Origin: Harriotta raleighana
Lineage: Eukaryota
NCBI GenBank assembly: GCA_050575255.1
Contig: JBNZDD010013611.1
Location: forward strand, 1,949,479 to 2,013,478
DNA: 64,000 bases
Direction: 5' to 3'
Shown here piece after piece: positions 26,074 through 36,330 of this stretch. Below the pieces are notes generated by a model. It worked only from the letters and a program-made list of their open reading frames with translations, ran no database searches and was not told the DNA's origin. A program made the position numbers and the translations under genes. Within the stretch, counting starts at the first letter, position 1, and each line of letters begins with the position of its first letter.

Positions 26074-26760
26074 CAGTTAACCCTCGCCGAATGTGACTTT
26101 CTCGATTGCAAATTCAACTATATGCGAAGCAAAAAATGCGTCACTTTTTTGAGTAACGAGCGTAAAACTTGTGTCTATGCACTGGCGTATACCCTCGCGC
26201 ATGCGCAATTGCGAGGATGCTGGCCCCGCGTGATGCATACTTGGGAAGTCAAGCTTAGAGATGGACCCCATAATGGAAAGGAGCAATGAAATTTAAAACT
26301 GGTCTGGATGGCCTCTTAACACCTTAGAGGGAGCTCTTGAGACTTTCGGTGGAAGGCAAAACAATGGAATATCACTTTCTTCTTAGAACCTGCCAGTTTA
26401 TCTATCCACTGAAAACTTACCTGCTGCTGCATCTTCTCGGCCATCCACTTCTGCCTCTCCCCAAGCATTCACTTCGATAGAGTTTGAGGCCGATGATTCC
26501 TTGGCCTCGGACTGCTATGAGAGCGGGGAGAGTGACGAGCGACGAGAGCGGGGAGAGCAGGGAGAGTGGGCCAGCCGGCTGTAGCCGCCGCAATACATAC
26601 CTTGCATTGGTCGGGTGTCTGGAGGCTTGAGGTGGGTAGCTGGTAACTAGATTCCCCAAACCCCCCCTTTTCCCATTGCTTGTTAAGCTTACCGAAGGCG
26701 ATTTTACTGAGTGTGCATTTTTCCAGGAACGTAACCTCCACGTTCGGTGAGGGTTAACTG
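26074..26760. mobile_element. Tigger/pogo-like MITE, 687 bp, nested in a minus-strand SINE tail (~26000-26860)
   Basis: TA|cagttaaccctcgccgaa ... ttcggtgagggttaactg|TA; CpG-rich interior; SINE tail continues on both sides. Confidence 0.9.
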
Positions 26761-27299
26761 TATACTCTATATTGGATTAACTGTGTATTTGTGGGCAAAA
26801 CGTAGCAGCCAATTGCACACAAACAGTCTAGATTGAGTGACCACAAACCACTACAGGATTCCACGATGATTAAAAACATCTTTTCAAAGTGCAGTGAAAT
26901 TGCATTTCCTTTTCCAAATATATTCGGGTGTCTTTTGCAGCCTGAGCTCAGCAGAGCTTAGGGATATCTACACATAACTGCATCCTTATTCTTGCCAACT
27001 ATTGAAGCTGCAACAATGAGCCAGGTGTTTCAGACTCCCATGAACAAGGATTTCACCTGGACCGATATACAAACTGTTAGGCACTTATTGTTCATTTTCT
27101 GGTGGAAATCCCTCAGTGTCATTATATCATTGATGCAATCTGAAAAGATAACCTGAATCTTCTGTGATTCTTTAACTCAATCTTCTCAATACGACAAGAA
27201 ATATTATCTACTGATTAAAATGATAATCATAATTCTTGCATTTGATATNATTCTTTAACTCAATCTTCTCAATACGACAAGAAATATTATCTACTGATT

Positions 27300-27665
27300 C
27301 AAATGATAATCATAATTCTTGCATTTGATATCGCGCCTTATCACGACTTTGAGATGTCTCAAAGCGCTTAACAAAATATACCGTAAAATAAATTGTCTCT
27401 ATATTTGTTAGCAAAATGTGGCAGCCAATTGCATAGGGCACTGTTTCACAAACAGTTGTGGACTGAAATGCCCAATTTTTTTTAAAGGGATAATTAACCC
27501 CAGAAAAGCGATCCGCCAATCAAATAACAACCAAGTTCCGACTTACTGCTAGGTAAACAGAGACGTGTGGAGTAAGGAAACTTGTCGAATGTTTCACCCT
27601 GCCTGGGAATTGAATCCAGGTCCTCTCATTTGCGAGGCGAGTATTCTAACCAATACGCTGCAGGA
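27300..27665 (-). mobile_element. tRNA-derived SINE
   Basis: Tail, tggagtaaggaaacttg body and tRNA-like head in reverse orientation. Confidence 0.8.
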
Positions 27666-29249
27666 TAGTGAGTTAGAATCAATGGCACAGTAAGAGTTAA
27701 CAGGCCAAACAGCAAACCTAAAAGAAATCAGATGCAGTTTGCCTGAACCTCCCAAGTTGAGGACCAGCTTTCTAGTAACCCCTATTGCACACTCAGACAG
27801 AACACTTTTTTCTGTGCTTATTTTCATCCTAAAACAGGTTTCTCTTTGAATTGGCTTTCTTTTTCTTCTCTTGGTTTTTATTTTTTCTCGATGTTAATTC
27901 AATTCATTCTGTTTTCATTCCTCTTTATACCTACTTGTTTCTGATATCGGGTCTTAATCTGCTTTTCTATTTTCCGAGACAGTATCGGAGATTAGCACAA
28001 TCAATCAGGCAGAGTCTAGACTAAACTATCCCTTAGGAACAAATAATGAAACGGCATTCTTCAAAGCAGATCATTTAATTAATGGAAGCAACAGTATTCA
28101 TAATGGATTTTATCCCCAAATCTACGGCATTCACTTGCTGCATCCCTGGTCCCATGAACAAGATTGTAATGGATAGTTGCTTTAGTCTTAGTACTTAAAA
28201 CTGTACATCGAAGCCTTGTCAAGTTCCTGACGTAAATTGAGCTGAATAGGAGGAACACACATTGATCCTACAAGCCAAGCAAGATGAATATATTGCTGCG
28301 AATTCTCTCCTGGGCTAAATTTCCTCCTCCTCCTACGTAATTTAAGCTAATTATTTACATGAATAATAGAGTATGAAAAAAGGATATCTCACCAGCATGG
28401 ACTATCACAGGAGNTTTAAGCTAATTATTTACATGAATAATAGAGTATGAAAAAAGGATATCTCACCAGCATGGACTATCACTGACCAGATTGTAACTTT
28501 ATATTATAATAATATTCAATCTTGCATTTAAGTTTTGTTTATACCAAGTAAGAGATGCATTTTACCAGTTAACATCTCATAATTAATAAAAAGCCTATAA
28601 AGTTTGATAACTTTGTTTTTAGGAAAGACGATCTTCAAAATTGACTCATCTTTATTGTACACCTGCTTAAGTACTTACGTTGCAAAATACTTTTGTTAGC
28701 CATTATGGGTTTCTTTTCTGGCACTTGTACTAATAATTTACAGAGCTATCAAGGTTTCTCAAAGGTCTGCGGATAGACATTTGGCTTGTGCACTGTGTAT
28801 TCTTCTTTAACTCAATAAGTAAGCAGGAAACGGGTGTGGTACACTATGTATCATTGGTTAGGCTGACGTTTGGATCAAACAGATTCTGGAAACAGTTAAA
28901 ACATGTTCAGAAGGAAAATAATAGGACTTTTGGAATTCACAAATAAACTGCCCCTTTTATAGAAAAAAAGATAGTATGCACTGACAATTCATAAAATTGG
29001 AATAAATCACGAAAAAGATGACCTACCTCTCCATTCTTCGGAAAGTAATATCCTCATACAACTAAGTACTGTACTACTATATACAGAACAACAACAACAA
29101 TAAAATTACATTTATAGAGCGCCTTTGACGGCGGGAGGAGCACACAGGTGAAAGATATACACCATATGACGTATCTTTGGGAACATCATTTGTGTGATTT
29201 CTTATATTCCTGTGCCATATAAAATGGGATTTGCTTAATGGGGGTCATT

Positions 29250-29640
29250 TCAATTTGACTCACAACCTTCAACCCCTCTTGTCTCTGGATCAGAAGGTTG
29301 TGGATTCAAACTCCATATTGCGACTTGAACTCACAGTCTGAGCTAACATTCCAGTGCAATGCTGGGGGTATGCTGCATTTTTTTTTTGGAGGTGTCGTCC
29401 TTCAGTTGCGATGTTAGACTGGGGTTGTGTCTGCCTGTTTAGGAAGGCGATAATGATTCCATATCTCTACTTACAAAGACTAACAAGTTTTTCTGCTCTT
29501 CTGGCCCAAAAAAACACCCACATTAAAACAGAAAATCACTTAATGGCTGTTCTTAGCACATTGCTGTGTGTAAATTGACTGGTTAAAAAAAAACTTACCT
29601 GAAAGATGCTATATCGAACATAAGAATTACAAAATTATTA
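29250..29640 (+). mobile_element. Deu-domain SINE, diverged
   Basis: cagaaggttgtggattcaaac...gctaacattccagtgcaatgctggggg...ggaggtgtcgtcc. Confidence 0.65.
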
Positions 29641-29649
29641 TGTATATCC

Positions 29650-29945
29650 TATCTGTCATGAGGGGATTGGAGCCAAAGAGCAGGATGGAGTTGGTGGAGC
29701 AAATGAGTGACTGGGGAAGTAGTCATAGGAGATCACATAGATAAGGTGGTGTAAGACTATGGTGAGGACAAGGATTTTAATGATCTGGGGGACAGGGAGC
29801 AAGTTGACAGGCTCTCAGTGCCTGGTGTGGTGGAGTATACTGGCTGTGGAGTTCTGTGAGATGTGGATACTGTGGGTGGTGGAGTTAGGGAGAATAGCAA
29901 GCAGGATGTTCGAAAAGTTGAGCTTGAAGATGACAAATCCATGAC
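29650..29945 (-). mobile_element. Old L2 fragment
   Basis: Degenerate reverse match to the L2 ORF2 3' region. Confidence 0.55.
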
Positions 29946-31734
29946 ACAAACGTGACAGTATAATATTTAAATGATGGAGATATTGCATGCTCCTAATTAT
30001 TCAGTAACTCGTGGGTCAATAACTTTAGATCTGGGAAACTGCAGTCTTTAATAACCTTGAGCTAAACTATTTCTTAAAAATTATGAATGCCACAAACAAT
30101 TTTAGCAGACCATGCTTTGCACTGATGTTAGCAATGTCTGATCTCCTGCCCACTGACATTACTCACTGAAAATGACTGCCCACTGCAGTCAATTACACAA
30201 TATTAAAATATATTTTCTGATGTGATGCTTTCGTCTGAAGATAAGCTTTGGTCTCTAATCCAGTTTTTGGAAGAAACCAAATAATAGCTTTATAAAGAGA
30301 ATATTTTATAGTTTCCCCATTAGAGAACTAAGCAAACTTTGAAATAAAACGAATGAGGACGGACAAATAGAGAACTTGTACAATGAAGTTACTAATTGCT
30401 TTATGGAAATGTTCCAAATCATCTCAATGAATGATTATTTGTGCGTCCTCCACAAATGTGCCAACATTTTGGTTTTATGAGGATGGCTTCCCTAATGAGG
30501 TTTGCAAAACTTTGGTAATATATAATACTACTGTAACCGAGAAACTGCTGAGCCCATTTCTAAACCATCAGTTTCCTTAAAAAGTGAAAAATATATAGTA
30601 AAGCATGCAATTGTATTTTAGTCTACAATTACATTGTCTATACTGGAATTTTTCTATTAGTTTTATGTCTATGTTAAGCACTGTATTACTAAGATGGTTT
30701 ACTGTATTATGTGCTCGCATATCTAACAATCCTGAAGGATGATTACTTCTGCCATTTTAAGTGTTTAAGTTTGCAATGTCTTTAAAGATAAATACCTTTC
30801 TGAACAAAGTAACCCCCCCATCCTTTCTGAAAGTATGAAATGAGGACGGACAAATCACTGATTTGCAGATTCTGGTCTCTGAATGAAAAGGAGTAATGGA
30901 AATTTCAGAACTAGTTAAGCAGAGCATTATTAATAGGGGTTAAAGTGCGCTATTTGAAATGATCACATAGATGAAAAACGAGCCTTGTTTTGTTGACATT
31001 TCTCTGTGCTATAATTAGGAATATGTGAGCAGGTTGGCAGCACCTAGACAAACCTTGGTTATCTCTCGTCTCCTTTAGACCGGACTCTCTGAGATGATTC
31101 ACTGTGTTTCCTTGTCATAAAAAAGTAGTAAAAATGAGGGTTGAGCACTGTAATCTGAGATGGAATCATGCTGGAGTCTGTTTGTTGAGACCACCTTGAG
31201 GAAGTGTCACTGGTAAGTTTCATGTTACGTGTCTAGTTAGGACCACCCCACCTGATAACGCTTTGGCTCTCAGTACTGATGACATGTTTAGTCCTCAAAT
31301 TCTCATTGATGAGCCAGGCTAGCCAATCAACCATGACAGTGCCTTGAATTCCAGCAGACGTGTCTGGACTTTGCCAAGTGTCTCCAGGTATGTGTTAATT
31401 CAACGCCATGGAGGCCTCCTCAGCTCCTCCCACACCAATATTCAAACGTGGTAACCTTCAAAGGTTGCATGGGCAAAAGAATAAAATGATTTGCACTCTG
31501 TCACAACAAAAAAGGCATTCCTCAATCTACTTTAGACATAGTCATCTAAATTCTTCTAAGTCAGACTTTGCCTTCCAAAGTGTAATTCAGCAGTGACTCT
31601 TCCAGACGTGGAAGATAGGTTTAATTTTTTGATGTCTGTGGAGGAGAAGTCCACAGCTACAGCTCTGTTCACTCACAGAGAGTCTTGTTTTGCCCATCTA
31701 ACTTTTGAAAGTGAATAAAATGACCTTAAATGGT

Positions 31735-32990
31735 GCTAGTCAAACAAAAGACAAAAACAAAAGTACTGAAGGGTAGGAAATTGGTAATAAATCAAATCAC
31801 AGTAAAAAAATGTAATCAATAGGATCCACAATAAATCAGCAAAGGTTGTTCACTCTCCATTGGCCCCTGAAAGAAAGTGCGTATTTTGCGATGTTGAGAC
31901 AAAAACAGATTCACCTTCAGCTCTGATGACCCAATGTTTGAATGACTCACTGACTAGACTCACAAATGAAGAGTGATCATCTGGGAAAGCACTGCCAATG
32001 TTGAAGTCATCAAGAGATGCAGCCTTTAAGGAAATATGTTGTACTGTTGGCAATTTATTTTTGGGCAGCTGGTGTCTGAAAACACATGGAAACTCATCAC
32101 CATGCTTAAGAGTATTCAAACTAAACTAAGAATTGCAGGCATGCCCCCTAGAGTTAATATTTTGGTATTTTCAATGGAATGCACATGCTCTTCCTGGGGA
32201 AACACATTTTGCTTATCTAAGAGTATTAGACGAATATTAGCTGACAAAAGCCAAGGTTTAGGGTCCAGAGTGTGCATTGGAATATTTAAACAACTAAAAC
32301 TGCATCATTTCCCAATGAGAGCATTGTCTGGTAAGATTCCCGCTGCTTGTCCATGTAGAACCATCCTACCAATTTGGACATTATCTTGTGGGGTTAACAT
32401 GCATTGATTGGGAAGCTGGTAGTCTCTAGCATTAACCCACTGTGAGATCCCATTCTTGACTCTGCACCTAATACTTTCTGGAATTAGGTAAACTGGATAT
32501 GTCCCTCCAGGGAGAAAGTGTGCGTATTCCATTCCAATAATCTATCTCTGGAATTTCCAAGTGTAGGTGGGATGCATGAAATTCGCTGTTTGGTTCGGAT
32601 ACCCCTAAACATGGGATTTAAGTGATGGGTTTCTGCAAGTTTCAGGTACCTGGCTGATAGAAAACAACGGAGTGGAAATAATCCCTACCAAGTGACCAGT
32701 CTGCCCCTCCAAGTGCCATTGATAAACCAGGCTGGCTGGTCGGTCAATAGTAAAACCGCGGACCTCCTGGCTCGGGAAGTGGCCCAGAGACCCCTGCAGA
32801 AGATTGCCTTGATTCCAACATTGATTCTCTGTGTAATACTAGGTTGAGGTTTATCTGTGGAAGTTTAAGGTGCTTTATGTTTATGCTTATGCTGGAAGGA
32901 TAGGTCATGTTATTGGCAACATCAATAACAGCCCCTGAACCATTCCAATTCCACACCATCCAATGAAAGTCCATTTATATTTGAAACGAA
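31735..32990 (-). pseudogene. Decayed viral-type envelope/fusion glycoprotein sequence (endogenous retroviral env-like relic)
   Basis: One minus frame, 32838-32029 (270 codons), has only 4 internal stops. Frameshifted flanks give a basic + Gly-rich hydrophobic segment upstream and a hydrophobic TM-like segment at ~31740-31850. See findings. Confidence 0.55.
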
Positions 32991-34629
32991 ATGATTTCTC
33001 AAAATAAATGTAATGGTAACTAAAAATGCTTGTAATACTATAAATGAAACCTACTACATTTACAAAACTACCACTATAGAAATAAGTGAACCAAACATAG
33101 GCATTAAATTGAACCAAAAATATTTTGGCAATTGGTTATACAGTAAATTCTAATGGAAGGACATATATTGCATAACTTTACGTGCTGAAACATATCTATT
33201 TTTGAGACAGAGTACTTGAAAACAATAGAACACATATATAATTGCATACATTCTAGTAATTTCACTCAATTTTCAAAGGCTGCTATAACTTATTCTATTA
33301 TGTTATGTCCTATAAGACAATTGTAGTGTACTTGGAAGAACTAGGCAGCTTTGGATTTAATGTCCCCAAAGCTTTCCACTGGGATGATAAGACTAATCCA
33401 TACAGAAGTAATTGCTATCAACCTCTCCATATTGCAGCATGCAATTACCAGGATGGTAGAAGGCGGACTAGATGGACCTTGGTCTGTTATCGCCTAGAAA
33501 TTCCTATGTGCTTATATTTCTTATTGCTGTTACAAGTTCTTTTTTTAGTTGAATCAGACATTCCATTATTATAGTCACGCAGATAACAATGCTATCCTCT
33601 CTGGCCTGAACTGTTTTACTCTTTAATGTAAGTCAACAGCAAAGAGTCCAGTTTCCTTGCCAAATTCGACTGTGTCCCTGTCTTACAGCAGATTGATTTC
33701 AAGATTCCTTTCCGGTTTTCAAATCCCTGCATTGGTCTTAGATCTTCCCTATAATTGTAATACTTTCCATCCCGATATCCTCACCTGTACTCCATTTCTC
33801 CGACTCCCAAATATCTGCTTATGGCCCACTTCCTCCCTGCTTTTTGAAGGCCTTCAGCCATTCCAGCCTGCTCCCCTGAAAATCTTTTGCAAAATTAATT
33901 AGCCTTGTTTACACTCTCCCGGCTTTCAACCCTCACTTAAAAACCTCTCTCTTCAACTATGCCTTTGGTCATCTTTAAATTTCTCTCCCTTCCTGCTTGA
34001 CCTCAAAAACACTTATTGTTGAAGAGATTCTATGATACAAACAACACTTTGTGAATGCAAATTGCATTCCATTTTATATACACTAACGGAAAAGAGCACA
34101 CTGAACATTATATTCTACAATACAATACAGCAAATTTTAGATTCCATCAAATGATAAAAACAAAGCTTTTGCTTTACATAAAATCGCTGTTAAAGTAGCA
34201 TCAATTACATGATAATAAAATGCATTTGTATGAATGAAATGTACTTCTTCAAATATAAAATGAAAAGCAATGTTATATTTGACTAGTAAGATGTATGCAT
34301 CAAAAACTCACATAATGATATTGTAAATGTATGCAAATTCATGCTTCAAATGAAGTTAAGAGAAAATGATCGATCTTTCCAACAGTCAATGCATGTGAAA
34401 GGTATACATAGTTATATATTTTAATTAATGTTAGTATGAAGGAGGTAGAAGCAAGAAGCTTTTTTGGCGTGCCACAAAGCAGCAGAAATGTTATCTTATA
34501 GAATTAATTAAAATCTAATGAAGCTAATAACTTAACAAGGTCACAAGGTAGTGTTATGGGTGAACTAGAAACTCCTACCTTCATGAACCCACACCAACAG
34601 AAAAGAATCAAGATTCTGAGGAAACTCTC

Positions 34630-35020
34630 TTATCAACTCTCTGACCTCCTGACCCTCTATCAACTTGTCCACTCTCTCCGTAAAGCAGGCTCTGGCCTGC
34701 TCCTTGTCTCTCACCCAACCTACTCTAACTTTGGCTCGCAGGCTTTCAGCCTCTCTGCTCCCACACTTAGGAACTCCATCCCACAATCCCATCCCCTTGC
34801 TCCCTCCCATGCCTCCTTCAAGGCCCGACACGAAAAGCCCTCCTTTTTTGACCGTGCCTTCAGCCACCCTCCCACCTCTCTGCCCTCCATCATCCCAACC
34901 CTGCCCCTCCCCCCACCACCACAACTCCCATATGCTTGGATCCTGACTCCTGACTGTTCAGCACCTTGGGACGTCCTCCCGATGTCAAAGGTACTATACA
35001 AGTGTAATTTTGTCGTAGTT
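34630..35020 (+). mobile_element. L2 LINE 3' fragment
   Basis: LSDLL...AFSLSAPTLRNSIP...SFKAR; tail cagcaccttgggacgtcctcccgatg...gtgtaattttg. Confidence 0.85.
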
Positions 35021-35914
35021 TAGCGTCTTGGGACTTTGTCTTGGTGAGAAAAGAGCTTTACAAATGAAATGTGTAGTTGTTGTTGTAGACATTATCGACC
35101 CATTGCACTTGTTGTTCCCAGTATGAACATGTTCAAAAAAGATCCTCAATGAAGGATTGAAAATGATTGGCCAATTTCACGAAATGTCTATTTAGGTTAG
35201 GGATCTGAGAATATGTATGATGTGTTTAAGGTGTGCATGAATATAATTATTAATTCCAACAGAATCTTGTGCCCAAGAAGATTTAAAAGGCGTCAGGTAG
35301 AAATCTATTGACGGGAGATGCAACATTCGACAGAGCATGCAGACCAGCTAAATAATCTCCAAATAAAGGCATTAATATTTGAAAATAGAAGTAGAATTCC
35401 CAAAGGTATTGAAGATACCAAGTGCATGCCATTGACAGAAAACATCATAACAAGATTGACCCATGCCATCAGCAGAGAAAGAAAACCGTAGCTAAAGCAG
35501 CTAATCCAAAGCTATGGAGTTGTCTCACCTGTAAGAAAGTTGGCACCATCTATGAAAACAAAACAAGAAATTCTGTAAATTTCTTTCAAGCATATAATAT
35601 CATCATCAAGCTCAAATAACCAGATACTGAATCCTGCTCACAACAAACACATTTATATTCATGGTTTACGAGAAGCACCTGTCTGCTCTTCTTAAATTCC
35701 TGTAATAAAAGATTTTAGCAAAGTTAAATCTAAGGCTTCCAATTCATTACTTTCTCAAGAGTGCACTTTGACCACAACAAATAAAACAAATCACGATTAG
35801 ATAAAGCAGGTGCAAGTACTGTACTGGTCTACATGTATGTTCCACAGAATTTGGTAAAGGTTCACAGAAAAAAGCCCGTAATTAAGACGCACAAATAACT
35901 GTATATGCCAGGTG

Positions 35915-36330
35915 TTAGCCTGGCTTATTTAATCGCAGTTGCGCCTCTGAGTCAGAAGGTTGGGGATCAAGTCCCATGATACGACTTTGAGCTCATATAG
36001 ACAAACACTCCGATGCTACATTGTTGGATATGCCGCCCTCGGATAAGAGGTTAAACAAAGATCCTGTTTGACTGTTCAGTTGAATGTTAAAGGGTCTTTA
36101 ACATAGGATTTTCATGGAACGGCTTCAAAAAGTGAAGAGAACGTTTCCTGGCCAACAATCCCCCAGTTATTCAACCAAAATGGTCATTCACTTCATGTCT
36201 GCTTGATTTGTGGGAAATCACTGTGTGCAAATTGGCTGCCACATTTGCCTTCAACTACATTTGACAGAAAATTCTGTGAGACATTTCAAAGTGATAAGTT
36301 GCCACATCGAATTAAAGAAATATTATTATG
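35915..36330 (+). mobile_element. Deu-domain SINE, diverged
   Basis: gcctctgagtcagaaggttgggatcaagtccc-type head, Deu core and L2-like tail. Confidence 0.65.

Noticed and set aside
29593-29605. Consensus minus-strand donor (acttacctg) as an extra MICU2 exon
   Set aside because: Sits in a decayed SINE tail with no convincing acceptor or MICU2-like frame upstream.
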